Source of the DNA: Amoebophrya sp. A120
Taxonomy: Eukaryota; Protista; Dinoflagellata
Direction: 5' to 3'
Assembly (NCBI GenBank): GCA_905178155.1
Contig: CAJINV010000002.1
Coordinates: forward strand, 10,050,650-10,114,649
Length of the DNA: 64,000 bases
The position numbers were made by a program, and so were the translations under genes. The notes beneath the pieces are model-generated. The model did no database searches, was not told where the DNA came from, and saw only the letters and a program-made list of their open reading frames with translations. Positions 23,334 to 36,035 of this stretch are shown piece by piece (positions within the stretch are counted from its first letter, which is position 1; the number at the start of each line of letters is the position of its first letter).

Positions 23334-26300
23334 ATGGTGGACCTAAAACCTGCTGCCGACCGGCTGCCGTTGGGTGAGAAAAAGGTCACCTTGCGAACCC
23401 GCAAGGAGGTACAGGACAAGGGCAAGAAGCTGCACCTCGTCAGTGCTCCAGGCTTAGCCGCGAGGAGGAACGCGGGTGGTGGTGTGCGACTGCAGCCGCG
23501 AAAGGATGTTGCGGTGGCGGGTCACAGTGCGAGCGGCACTATGGGAACGAATATGGTCGCGACTAAGCAGCCACAAAGCAGCAAGATCGCGCTCGTCATG
23601 AAGAAACGAAGGTATTTCTTTTTGCTGCATTTATTTTTTTATGGTTTGGTGTCTAGGCGGATAAAAAAAATGGAGAAAGACAAAGTCAAAACACGGCACG
23701 CTGTTCTGGGCGAGAGCCTGTAGATTCCTTCGACCATCATGCGTGCGAGCGTGAGTAATTCAATTGTGTGAAGAACAAATATCATAACAGCAATAGTCCA
23801 AACTCGGGCGCTCTGGCGGAGATAATGGGCGTCGAGAAAGCCGACCTTGCTGTCGCACGCGACATGGACCACCGTGGCAGCGGCGACAAGAGGCAGGGAA
23901 GACACCGTATACGCAACCTATTTGTGAAATGTGATTTCTTGTATAACTGAAATGGTGGAAGAACTTGGGACAGTAAAGAGAATCTAAATTGTGGAGTAGT
24001 TGTGTTTAGGGATTATCATGATCGTCTTTTCCTGCTCATGTGAAATTATTTTCACAACTTACAATCCTCCAAAATAGGCACCTCGCACAGTGGGTCGCCG
24101 GGCAAGCCGGTGAGGTTGAAAACGAACCACGAAACCCAGCAGAAGCTGCTGCAGAAAAACCAGCGCGACCAGCCGGTGAAGTTGACGTCGCGCAACTTGC
24201 AGCAGTACGAGCAGCTGCACACCGGTTCCACGGTGGTAATACCGCACGAGAACCGGGTCGTGGTCACCGCACAACCGGAAACGACCGCGTCTAACCCGGA
24301 GCAAACGCCCGCGCCGCGGTACGCAGCGCCGAAGGATCTCGGCCTTCCCGAGGAGGGTTTTGACAGCATCGGCAAGACTTCTCAGGCGGAGAAGGAAGCA
24401 GGAACAACCAGAAGAGACCCAGTCTCTTCTGGTCGCCGTGGAAACACCAGCAAGAAGCAAGACAAGGAACAAGTAGAACAGAATGCTACAACCAGCGGAA
24501 GTAGAGATACAACTACTGCTAAGGTAGTAAAGCACACAGCATCATCAACCGCAAACAAGAACGCAGAGACCGCGGCCACTTTTCTGCCGCTGCCGCGCGA
24601 GAGGACCCGGGAAGAGCAGATGCAGCAGGAGAGTAAAGAGAAGTACAACAAGGAGCAAACTGTTACGAATAACACGGCAGTTCTTCAGGATGAACCGGAG
24701 GCATCCGGTAGCAGCTCGGATTCCGACTCCTCGTCTATATCAAATGTAAAAATGTCTGGGTCTGGAAGGTTGCCAGGTTTGTCATGCATATTTTGAATGA
24801 TCCATGATGTCTGTGATCCATGCCCTAGCGTCACAGATCCTTAGAGGGCTTTGTGATGCCTCTACCGCATGAGAAATGCCCTTTCCGCGTAGCATAAACT
24901 GGAGTCCTCTTGCTGGTCAGGCAACACAAATTTTTTTAGAATCCAGAGACAGCATTACATTTTCCAGACCCAGACATTTTTACAATCCATAGTCTAGTTG
25001 CTCGGACGACTCGGATTCCAGCTCGGGGGAGAGCTCCCAGGAGCCGGCGGGCCCAGTCGGTGTAGTTGTACAGCAACCCGCCCCGGGTGCAGCAAGAGCA
25101 ACCGTCGAGCCGGAGTATCAGATCGTTTATGGCCCCGGGGGCGTCCCGCACCGCATCCCGCTGCCCGCGGCAACGACGGCCCCGGCGGTGCAGACAAATA
25201 AGGGAGCCGCGGGTGGAAGTAGTAATCTTGCGACATCAAACACCAATCCGGCGAACGGACAGAGGTCTACTGCTGCGCAGCAGGGGAACAATCATTATCA
25301 GAGTGTGGTCGCGTCTGGTACAACAACCGCAAAAGTCAAAGATGGTAAAAACACTACGCAGAACAACAAATTGAGCAGCACCACCACGGTTTCCAACAAG
25401 AATGGGGCATCGACGATGAAGCAGCAAGAGATTCCTTCGGACCGGTCCGACTCTTCGTCCGACGACGAATCCGACGTCTCGGATATTACAAGGAAAAATG
25501 CCCCCACCCCCGAACTTGGGAGCATTTGTATTGCAAACCTTTCCAAAAGAAACACTCGCCCTCTTGCATCTTTCAGCATCACAGATTTCCAATCGTGAAT
25601 AGCAAAAATTTGTATTGCAAAAGATCCCAGCAAGAGCGGCGCTTGTCATGCAAGCGATGCGATATACACCTAGACCCTGCATCAGAAAGATTCATAGTCC
25701 TTTCATGCATGACAGAAAGTTTTCATTTGGAAACTTCGCATCACAAACGTTTGCAACTGTGGGGGTGGGGGCATTTTTGACTGTAATATCGGAAGAAAAC
25801 TCACCCTCGGGGAGGAACGTGAAGCGCAGCTCCGGCGGAGTACAAAAGCGCGGAGCGAATGCGGTTGCTCCACCCCCGCAGAGTAGTTACAACAGCGGTG
25901 GCCGCGCCGGAGGTACTACAGGGCCGCCGCGGGAACCGCACACCAACGATAACCAGCTGTCGAACAAGCGGCAACGGAAGCGGAGCGCTTCGGAGGTCGA
26001 GAATAACCAAAGGGCCGGCGCGGGAAAGAAGTTGTACAAGCACGAAAATAATAAATCCAAGGGAGACGACGTGTATTCGAGCGACGAAAGGGTCGCGGGC
26101 GGCCAGCCGGGGCAGAGGGGGGCCAGGACCAAGCATTACGACGGGCGCGCGAAGACGAGCAACGAGGACAAAGACGAACCGCAGGCGACCAAGCACCGCG
26201 GCCGCGGACACCGGGAGAAGGAGCAGCGCGAGGCTGAAAAGCAAAGGGACGCGGCGAAGCTGCGAGGAGTAGACCCGGAGCAGCGACGAGCGGGGCGGCC

Positions 26301-28230
26301 CGCGGGGCGAAGAGAGGAGAGGGGCGAGCAGCCAAAACCGCAGAAGCGAAACGACAGTCGTGCGGCGGCCGGAAAAGTTGTACCTGGCCCTGCGAGGGGG
26401 AGGGAAGGAAAAAAGGAGCTTGGCAAGCGCGAACGATCCCGAGGCGACGATTCAGACGGCGACAACTTCTATGGACAACAGATCGAGGAGCCGCCGAAGC
26501 GGCGACGGGAAGAGCGCCGGGAGCAATCCCGGGGAGTGGCCAGGGAACGCACGGGAGGCCAAAGCCCGTTACCCGGCTATGTCGGCCCCAAAAGTTCCAA
26601 GAACAAGGACCACTTAGTTTCGGTACCGATGATTTTTTTTCGAGAAACCCTAGTTTTGCGGACCATACGATCATCACGACCGCTATGATCTCGTGGTTTG
26701 TCTTGACGATTTTCAAAAGCAGCGAGAAGAGTATTCGGTTTCTACATCTCAAAAATTTCGAAAACAGCGCGGCGACAAGTATCGTGCGTACGACAGCGAC
26801 GCAGAGGCGGGCGGCCCGGGCCCGAAATACAGCCGGCGCGAGGACGCCTCACCCGAGCCGGTGCCAAACAGACGGAACGAAGTGAAGAAGCTGCCCCGGG
26901 AACACCGACCCGCACGAGGACAGTCCCGCGATGGGAACCGGGACCACCGAGCCCAGCAAGATCGGCATGCGGAAGATCCGCCTGGCAAGCGAGGGAACAA
27001 CAGCCGGCGGCGAGAAGGCGGACCCCCGCCGGACACCAAACCGAGCGGTCGCCACGAGGAGCGCCGGGAACAGCCCCACCGGCGAGGGCGCGAGACTTCG
27101 AAGGAAAACAGCGACGCAGCGAGGAGTAGGGGTGCAGCTCTCGCGGCGCCGGCCGCCAAGAACCCGCCCCGGCGGGGGCGCGAAAGCCGGGGGAAGGGAG
27201 AAGAGGAAAATGACCGGTACCGTAGCTACGAGAAGTCGTCCAGTAACCAGTACTACGGGCGGCCGGTGAGTAGCTCGAGCAACAACAATTACACGACCGG
27301 CGACAAAAATCACAAGGGCAACCACCCTGTGGTTACCCGTGGCCACGAGAAGGACCCCGAACCGCACCAGCGGAAGGTCGTGGGCCACAGCCGCTACGAG
27401 GCGGAGATTCGGCGGGAGCAGCGGCGCAAAGAAGCCAAGCGGAATTATGTGGTCGACGACCGGCGCGAGCGCGACACCCACCGCGAGAACCCCGACCGCC
27501 GCCGGGCCGAGCGGGCGGACCGCAAGGCCTCGGACTCCAACGACGACCGTCCTGCGCACCACAAGTCCAACGCGCAGCTCGTGATGGGCGGCAATCGCGT
27601 CGCGAAGACCATGGGCTCCCGCTTTTATCGCGATCGGGAGGAGAAGGAGAAAGCCGAGAAAAAAACCGTGACGCTCGTGCAAAACAACGCAAGTCGCCGG
27701 GGCAAAGATCGAAGTGGAGAAAGGGAGAAAGACAGGAAGCGACCCGCGTCCCCGGCCCGTTCCGGAGATGACCATCGCGAGAAGAAGAAGGCGGTCTTGT
27801 CCCCAGCGCCGAGGGCGAAGCTGACCGCGCGCCGCGACGTGGAGAACCGAGCCAAGCAGGCGTATCAAATGCAAAAGTGTCTGGGTCTGGAAACTTGTGA
27901 TGCTGAGTGGCGTAGCATGAGGAGGCCACAAGTGCTGGCTCAGCATGACAAATTTCTGAGCTTGTAGGTGTTACCCATTCTGCATGACAAACTGCGTCTC
28001 CGCATGAGAGAAAAATGCGGCTCTTGGGCAACGTGCATGACAGCTTTAAGAGTCATGCCAGACAAGCATGACAAACATGCATATTTCCAGACCCAGACAT
28101 TTTAACATTTGATAAGGCGGAGCGGGAGGCGAAAGAGGAGACGCGGAGCAGCAGGCGCGGAACCCCCGCGTTGGCGCCACGCGCAACCCCGGATGAGGAC
28201 GTTTTGTCTTCTAGCGACGAGAACAAATGA
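23334..28230 (+). CDS. Large low-complexity Arg/Lys/Glu/Ser-rich hypothetical protein, multi-exon
   Basis: Co-oriented ORFs joined by GT-AG introns (~23612, 23907-24076, ~26615) and three introners (24738, 25484, 27863), each restoring the frame; ends ...SSSDENK* at 28230. Confidence 0.65.
24738..24991. mobile_element. Introner element, family A1
   Basis: TATCAAATG... / ...ACAATCCATA; TSD GTCTA. Confidence 0.95.
25484..25788. mobile_element. Introner element, family C
   Basis: TATTACAAGGAAAAATGCCCCCACCCCC / GGGGGTGGGGGCATTTTTGACTGTAATA; TSD TCGGA; joins SDVSE|ENSP. Confidence 0.95.
27863..28114. mobile_element. Introner element, family A3
   Basis: Family-A TIRs with interior shared with 46091-46342; TSD AGGCG. 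Confidence 0.95.
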
Positions 28231-29220
28231 TGACGATTGTTCGTAGACTGTTATGTAAGAGGTTGTGAGCCTCTTGAACTTGATCCCTGAGAATATTTTC
28301 GTCGACTTAGTTTGTTGAACTGGTCAACAGAGTTTTCCGTTAGTGACAAGGGAGGTGGAGTCCGAACTACACTGCAGGTTTTTCCCGCACTGCTGTCATG
28401 TACTAGCAATCGGCTGCTCCGCGTCAGGAGTCAGGAGCAGCGTGTATATGACACATGACGAGAAGACTTAGTGCTCAGTATGACGACGTGCCGACTCCTG
28501 TCGCGCGTCCATATGAAGTTCCACTGTTGTCACAAATGAAAGGAGGCATTACTGCGACTCAGCGAGCGAAGACTTTTGTGGTTTCTTGTGCCAGAACAAC
28601 ACCTAACCCTCAGACCAGGAATGAATGGATGAAAAGGAGCCGACACAACGAGGAATCCTTCCGGAATTTGCGGATACGACTCTTAGCGAATATAGTAGGG
28701 GTTATTTTTTTTTTATACCACGACACAAAATGATATGTATAAAATTTATCAAAGACTTTCATACTTCTATGCGACAAACACCATTTTCATCTTTTGTCCG
28801 GATTTTGGAAACCTGACTGAATCAGCGGAAAACTTCCGGGTGCTGCCAATTGCGCAGCTAGGACTTTGCCGATGTGGCAGGTGGAGTAGAGTTTTGTTCT
28901 GTTTCTTTCCTGAACACGAAGCCTGAATTGTTTTCGATGCGAAAAAGGGTTCAGTTTTTACGAGGGACATATCAATCGACGGAGACGATTACGTAATATT
29001 ACGGCACATCATCTGCCGACAAACACAAAGGTATCACCTTCCTGAGCGACGGTTCTGAGTTGAGAAGATTTCAAATGTTTTTGGCTTCTGCTCTTGAAGC
29101 AGAAGGACAAGGACTCGGATTGTAGTAATTGAGTTTTTCGCTTTACCGGTTTATCGTACTGGTGTAGTTTCATTTGGTTTCGTTATCTTTTACTTACCAG
29201 CGCCAAAACAAACACAAAAG

Positions 29221-31769
29221 ATGGGTGAAGTTGTCCAAAGCTGTTTCCGCGGGCTTTGCCAAGCTGTTTGCGGCACGGAGATGGATGCTTCGGCCCCTTC
29301 GTCTGGTGCTAATGCGCCGAACGTCAAGTCGCTACGGGAGCTCGTTCACGAAGAAGTGAACAGTATGAAGACTGCCACGTCGCCCGACCGGCGGCTACGC
29401 GCAACAAGCGACCGGGCGTCGCCTTCAGACGGCGGAAGGCCCGATCTGCCGAGCAGTCCTGCCGCAGGTATCAACAGTGTAGTACATGACAGCCAGGCGC
29501 CGTCGACTGCGAGTTCGCCTGAGAAGGCGGGTGACAGGAATATGATCCCAGGATCAAGTAGGAACTCGGTCAATCAGGCGATCAGCCTACAGTCGCTGCT
29601 TCTAAACCAGTGTCCGTCCCGCAAGCTGGATAGGTTCTACGATGTGACGAAGGCGGACAAGATTGGGGAGGGCGCGTTCGGGGAGGTGTTCAAGGTGCGG
29701 CACAAAATCACCGACCAGCTGCGAGTGGTGAAACGAATCAAATTGCAGGAGGAAGAGGACCTGTCCCAGGTGGCCAAGGAGCTTATGCAGCTTCGCAAAT
29801 TATATGTGTTTTTTCTTGTCGCTCTAGCGTCTGCGTGCACGACTATCCGCAGGCAGTTCATGGCTTTTCTGCATGAGGTTTTTGCGATAAGCAGCCGTAC
29901 TTTGCTCGCGTGGCTTAAGTGCGTCGAAAGGCTGCAGCTGCTGCATGAATATGAAATGTGAAGCCAAATCTTCTACAACTAAAGAAACCACATATAATTT
30001 GTAGTGCATAGAGCTCTCCGTGGTGCTGAACCTGGACCACCCAAACGTGATCAAATGTTTTGACTGGTTCGAGGAGGAGCGCGTGCTGTACATCGTGTTC
30101 GAGCTGTGCGAGGGCGGGGAGTTGGTGGAGTTGCTGGTGCAGAACAAAACCTCCCACAACGCCGACAAAATGTTCGTAGAGGAGGACCAGCGACCCGCGC
30201 TGACCGACGTCATGGCACAGATCTTCACCGGCGTTGCCTACTGCCACGCGCTGCACATCGTGCACCGGGACCTGAAACTTGAGAACTGCCTGCTGAAAAA
30301 GCGGTGGCGCCGCTCGTCCGTCACTTCTTCCTCGTCAGCAACGGGGGGCGCGAGCAGTGGTAGTGCTACACTACACAATGCAGCTTCTGCTGCGTCCTCT
30401 TCTAGACCAGCCACGGTCGTGGCGAAAGACGAAAGAAGAGACAGCGCTGTCGGCACGTCGGGGCGGGTGGAACCGAGTTATACAGCGACTACCAATACCG
30501 TGAAGATCATCGACTTCGGGTTATCGGCGATCAATGCGAAGGGGAAAAAGAAGCTGAAGGCGCAACTAGGAACCCCGTTCTTCATCGCGCCGGAAGTGAT
30601 CAACACCAAAGTGGACTACGGCGAGAAGTGCGACATCTGGGCGTGTGGCGTGATGCTGTACATCATGTTGACGGGCCAGCACCCGTTCTACACGCGGGAG
30701 TGCAACGCGAAGGGGAACCACAACCGGAAAAAGGGCACACAAAACCTGTTCCGCCGGGTCCAGTCCGAGCCGCCGCACGCGAAACCGATGGAGGTGCTTT
30801 CTAGCGCGGCTCGGGCCCTGATAACCGCCTGCCTGCAAAAGGACCAGACGTTGCGCCCGAGCGCGGAGGAGTGCCTGCGCCACGAGTTCTTCGAGCGCGC
30901 GCGCCGGGCTTCGGCGGTGTCGCTGAACAGCAGTGGTGGGTCCTCGTCGCTGAGTCCGGGGATCATGCGGCGCGGGACAACCAACAACTTCTCCGCCAAC
31001 ACGTGGGCACGCAACGCGATCGAGTTTTTACGCGCCGACAAGTTTTCCCGCATTTTTTTCGTGATCGCGGCCCACCAGGCCGCGCGAAAGGACGTCGAGG
31101 AGCTGCAGGAGGCCTTTCTGGCGGTGGACCAGGACCGGTCGGGTGTCTTGTCCAAGGCGGAGCTGCAGGAGGCGCTGTTTTTGGAGGACACCACGATCAC
31201 GATGAGCGACACCGAGTTTGACGCGTTGTTTGAACAGCTGGACTATGGATTGCAAACATGTCTGGGTCTGGAAGAATACAAACTTGCGATGCGCATTTCA
31301 GAACACAGAAAAAGCTCTCATGCATAGGTAGCAAAAGCTGCCCACTTTCTGTCACCAAAGTGGAGGATTTGTGATGCGGATTCGGCATTGCGGAAGCTTC
31401 TCGAAACCTGTGATGCTAGAGCTTCCATGCCAGACCTTCTGTGTCATGCAAAAACAGCATGACTCTTCACTTCCAGACCCAGACATATTTGCATTTGATA
31501 TGGACGCGGACGGCACGGGCACGGTCACCTACACCGAGTGGCTCGCCTCCGTCTTCGAAAGGAGCTTACTGAAGCAGGAAGAAACCATCCAGAAAGCCTT
31601 CCAGTATTTCGATCTGGACGCGTCCGGGGAAATCTCCTTTGAGGAGCTGTCCACGGTGTTGGGAAACGACGAGGAGGAGGCGGGGCGGATCCTGAAAAAG
31701 TTGGACACCAACAAAAGCAACAGCGTCTGCTACGAAGAGTTTAAGAAATTCGTTCTGGAATTGGCATGA
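29221..31769 (+). CDS. CDPK: Calcium-dependent protein kinase (kinase domain plus 4 EF-hands), possible N-terminal acylation (MG...C...C)
   Basis: IGEGAFGEV, VVK, HRDLKLEN, DFG, GTPFFIAPE, DIWACG; EF-hands DQDRSG, DADGTG, DLDASG, DTNKSN. Introners 29784-30010 (KEL|SVVLNLDHPN) and 31244-31500 (QLD|ADGTG) restore motifs on removal. Confidence 0.95.
29784..30010. mobile_element. Introner element, family F
   Basis: TATGCAGCTTCGCAAATTATATGTG / CACATATAATTTGTAGTGCATA imperfect TIR; TSD GAGCT; frame restored. Confidence 0.9.
31244..31500. mobile_element. Introner element, family A2 (inside an EF-hand loop)
   Basis: TATGGATTGCAAACATGTCTGGGTCTGGAA / TTCCAGACCCAGACATATTTGCATTTGATA; TSD TGGAC. Confidence 0.95.
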
Positions 31770-32324
31770 AAAATTTCATCGACTCTGGAGCAGCATTTTT
31801 TACGCACACGTGGCCTCTACTCTAGTTCGTACAGTAGCATCAAGGGCAGCCTCATCTGCGGGGCCCTGTGGTTCTGCTGAGCCAGTTGCAGGGTCTTGGT
31901 GAGCAGTTCGGAAATTAGGTAAAACGCTGTAAGATTGTGAGCTAGTACACAGTTTCAGTTCTTCCAGATCTCTTACTACTTCTTTTATATCGCGCGACAT
32001 TCCAGGCTCGCTGCGGCGGGGGATGATTTCAAGCTACGCAGCAACACAGTGTGTTCCTGATCAACCTACTGCATCACTCTCATCTTGATCAGCATCTACT
32101 ATGCCAGCAGCTGCTTCTATCCCTATCGTGAGTGTACGTATCCGCTTTTATTAGGCACTGTGGTGCAGATTGCGATTAGATACTTTTACGTGTGATCCTA
32201 CCATCAGGCTTTCAGTTGTAATTTTTGCGTTTCACTCTCCGCTCCTATGCTTGCTGCGCGGTAGAGGTAAGTACAAGTAGCTCGCTTCCAATTTTTTTTA
32301 TCACGCCGAAGAACATCTCAAAGC

Positions 32325-34919
32325 ATGGCTCGTTTACTTCCGAGGGGCAACACCACGGCGGCAGCGGGTCTTCACCCCCGCACTGCAGGTTTATTTTTGG
32401 CCGCTACCTGTTTATCCATTTTGACGCACACCACGCCCGCAGCTGCGGTGTACGACGGCTACGACGTCGACGAAGCGGCAGCAAAGATCGATCCTGTGGT
32501 CCACCAAATCGCTAAATCCTACGCTCTTCTGGAAGTGGAGACGGGGAACAATGAGGTCGGCATCTGTGGTGGCACAGTGATCTCCAAAACCGCGGCTCTG
32601 ACCGCGGCGCACTGCGTGCAGAAGTTCGGAGTAGAGGCGGGTTCGCTGGCGAAGTGGGACCCGACCAAGACGCAAGACGTGCAACGGCTCACCGTGTTTA
32701 CCGGGTCGGACGTTTCTCGCTTGCCGAGCGACGAATTGCTGGAAATAGGAAGAAAGAGCACAAGAGGTCTTGTAGCAGCGAGAAGTGCGCAGGCAAACCG
32801 ACTCGCTGCACTCCCGGACGTCCGCGTCTTGGTAAAAAAGCCGAGCCTGCAGGTCACCGAGTTTGACTTCCGGCGGGTTTTCGCGCAAACGAGAAGGCAG
32901 CAGCATTTTCCCCGGACTACTTCTCCCACAAGGGCAAGCGATGGGCGGGCAGCTGCAGCACACGTGGATGTTCCTGCGCCGACCGCAGATTATTTGCACT
33001 TTTTCGACAGTAGCTGGGTCAAGAGACCGAAGTGGAGCCACGTCGAGAAGCACCTGTCTAGTGACATGATGCACGACGCCTGCGACAAAAGTTTGGCCGC
33101 CTGTGGCCGGCGTTGCTGCAAGAGGAGAGGCTGTGAAAAACCTACGAAACAGCACCCGTATGTGTACGCCCTGCGGGAACTGCTGCAGTCGCAAAGCGAC
33201 GTGGCGGTACTGGACTTTTCTGCCTTCCACGCTGCGGGAATTTTTGAAGGGTTTTTCGAGGCCGACGCGGTCGCCGCGCCGGTCCTGGGTATGGAGGGTA
33301 GTTGCAGCGCGGATGGGTGTGACTTGACGTCTTCTACCGTGGCTGATTCTCGATGCGAAGAGGACGAAAAATGCGGTGGCGCGACCGATGAAGGAACCGT
33401 AGAATGCGATGAGGCCGCTCTGAGGGAAGAAGATGAAAACGAAGAGACATCGGAAGACGACGCTCCTGTCGCGGTATCGCTCGGTGACGCGCAAGCGGCA
33501 AACCTGCGCGAGGAAATCTTGCAGCGGCGAAAGCTTCTGTCACGTATAGGTCATTTGGACAAAAACACGGACGAGACTTTCTTGAACGGCCTCAAGCTGA
33601 TCACGTTGGGTCATGGTCTGACGGAGAGAACAACGAATGACGTTCTCATGGACTACTCCACCGGCCGGGAAAAGAAAGCGCTCGGCCGGAGAAAGTCGAG
33701 CACAGAGCTGCGGTTTCGGGAGCTGGATGTTTCAAGATCGCTCGGAATTCTCGGACTATGCACTTGTGACGGCGAGCTTTTTTTCGAGCACTTTAAAAGT
33801 TTCTGGAAGGACTTGGGTTGGCGGTTCTTTTGTGCATCGGAAGAGGAGCTGCAGAGGCGGAGCGCGAATCTACACTTGAACGACGGCTGGACGAGGCATT
33901 TGGCCGCGGCGGGGAAAAGTGATGCATTCCCTATAACACACGCATTTCGCGCAAATTTGTTGCACCACGGGAAGAAGCTGGGTATTCCACCCTTCGAGGA
34001 GGCCGTACTGCATGGCCGAGCGTTGGACACACAGGCTGCACGGCTGACGGGCGCGGGCGACTCCGGGAGCGGACTGTTCATGGTGCTGCCGGACAAGTCT
34101 TTCTATCTCATTGGAATCACCAAGTCCAACACTATCGCCCCCTGCAAAAGTTATCAGCCGGCACACAAATGCCCGCACGCGGACTTGCGTAATTTCCGCC
34201 CGTCCCAGGACACCGTGGAGCATTTGCGAAAATACCACCCGGGCACAGTACTGGACCAGTTCACAGACCTGCGCTGCGGGGTGTTTCAAGACTTTTTGCA
34301 ACGCAAGCTCACCGAGATCCGAGCGCGCGAAGCCGAGCGCACGAAGGCTTTGGCACAGCAAAAGCGGATATTGGATGAGCTTGAGAGGGAAGAAGGCCTG
34401 TGGGTGGGCAAAACAGTAGAAGTTGAGAATTTACTATCGGAAAAGGGAAAATACCTCAATGGGCGGAGAGGGGTCGTGCTGAGGAGAACGGGTGGAAATA
34501 AAAGCGCAGCCGCGGTGAACAAGATGTCAGAAAATGATTTCGCTACAACTTCTTCCAGCGAAGACTCTCGTTCGCTATCTAGTCGTTTCGATGTGCAGCT
34601 ATTCTTGCCCGAGGAAGAGAAAAGGGCGTTCCATCAAGACTTTATGGCTAGTTCTGCAGTGCCGGCAGCATCACAGACAAATCCACCACGTGTACTAGTC
34701 AACGTTTATGATGTGCTCGCACCTCCGGAGTCGGCCGCAAAAAAAAATCATAATGAGGTTGTTTCCATCAAGGTTGAGAATCTTAGAAATGTGGAGCCGA
34801 GTGCTGGGTCTGCTGGCAAGAACGATATCGATGGTGAAGAGGAAGTGGACGAAGAACTGCGGTGCCGGTTTCTGCGTTGCTGTCGCGTGCGAAAGAAGGG
34901 CGAGTGGAAATGCGATTAG
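32325..34919 (+). CDS. Trypsin-like (S1) serine protease with large insertions, probably secreted
   Basis: ICGGTVIS, LTAAHC (His), SDVAVL (Asp), GDSGSG (Ser), LIGIT; hydrophobic N-terminal segment; intronless 864 aa. Confidence 0.88.
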   Translation: MARLLPRGNTTAAAGLHPRTAGLFLAATCLSILTHTTPAAAVYDGYDVDEAAAKIDPVVHQIAKSYALLEVETGNNEVGICGGTVISKTAALTAAHCVQKFGVEAGSLAKWDPTKTQDVQRLTVFTGSDVSRLPSDELLEIGRKSTRGLVAARSAQANRLAALPDVRVLVKKPSLQVTEFDFRRVFAQTRRQQHFPRTTSPTRASDGRAAAAHVDVPAPTADYLHFFDSSWVKRPKWSHVEKHLSSDMMHDACDKSLAACGRRCCKRRGCEKPTKQHPYVYALRELLQSQSDVAVLDFSAFHAAGIFEGFFEADAVAAPVLGMEGSCSADGCDLTSSTVADSRCEEDEKCGGATDEGTVECDEAALREEDENEETSEDDAPVAVSLGDAQAANLREEILQRRKLLSRIGHLDKNTDETFLNGLKLITLGHGLTERTTNDVLMDYSTGREKKALGRRKSSTELRFRELDVSRSLGILGLCTCDGELFFEHFKSFWKDLGWRFFCASEEELQRRSANLHLNDGWTRHLAAAGKSDAFPITHAFRANLLHHGKKLGIPPFEEAVLHGRALDTQAARLTGAGDSGSGLFMVLPDKSFYLIGITKSNTIAPCKSYQPAHKCPHADLRNFRPSQDTVEHLRKYHPGTVLDQFTDLRCGVFQDFLQRKLTEIRAREAERTKALAQQKRILDELEREEGLWVGKTVEVENLLSEKGKYLNGRRGVVLRRTGGNKSAAAVNKMSENDFATTSSSEDSRSLSSRFDVQLFLPEEEKRAFHQDFMASSAVPAASQTNPPRVLVNVYDVLAPPESAAKKNHNEVVSIKVENLRNVEPSAGSAGKNDIDGEEEVDEELRCRFLRCCRVRKKGEWKCD

Positions 34920-36035
34920 AGAAGCGCTGGTGTCGTTCTCATACAGTCTCCTGTCGCCAAAATCAGGAGTGGCATCCTTGTACGATGAAAGTGAACATTC
35001 ATGAAGACGAGCTTTGCTGAAGCGAGCACAAGATTTTTACATAACTAAACAACAGCATGCACAGCTGGAAGCGGAATCAACATGATGTACTTAGCTGATA
35101 TTCTGTCAAGAAAAAGAGCGGACGAAACACCCATAAGTCATGTCTATATGCAAGACATCTTTTGTTCGAAGATTCTTCTATTGTCGACCCTGAGAGTAGG
35201 TCATCGTTGCGCGAGAGTTACTTACATTCTAGAGCGTCGATGGGAACTCGAATCGACGGGTTGTCAGAGCGAAAGAGAGATAGAGGGAACGAGAGTGTCG
35301 ATGATTCGCTTATGCCGCTCTAGCACGTACTTTCCGTCATGATTCTGCGCCTTCATATCGGAGGCTCCCGCAACCATATTTTCCTTCCTGTTTTTCCAAC
35401 GTTTCTTGCAGGTTACGTTCAAGCTATTAAACAAAGACCTTTCATCCACAAAACATAGCCCAGAGGGTAGGAGCTTCTTGGTCGTTGTATAATACCCTAA
35501 TCTGCTCCTGAAAGATAAGCCACTAGCACCATGAGGCAGAAGCGCATGGAAGATCCCGCCGAGGTGCGGAGGAGGGAAGCGCTCGTACTGGCGGCAGCAA
35601 AAAGGATCGGCATTGACATAGCCACGGAAAAGCACATGATGTACCATTTTCTTTTACCGGAAGCTCACTGACATGCTTTTTTCATCGTTATATGAATGTC
35701 CACCTCGATCAATTGCAACAGTTGCAGCAGTTAATCTGCGAGCGAAAACAAGTGACTGCATTTTCAATGTAATGATCTTCAACATAGGTGGATCGCCGAA
35801 TTCGCTTCACAAGCAGAGCTCCCACCGGAATGGCGAGAATTTCAAACTGAAGATGGGGAGACAGCGTATATCAACTTCTTCTTCTTTTTCCACTATTTTC
35901 GAGTTTCGTTTTGTTTTTTGCCGACAATACGACAAGATCCATTGCAGAGGTGTCTGTACCTGATGAGGCTGCGATGGTGCAGCTCGGTGAGGAAATGAAA
36001 CAAAAGCAAAAGTAGAAATTTATCAAACCGAACAG

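Noticed and set aside
31244-31500. Tc1/mariner or ciliate TA-IES interpretation (elements start and end with TA)
   Set aside because: A 5-bp direct repeat lies outside the TAs, and the protein motif is restored only when both TAs and one 5-mer are removed.
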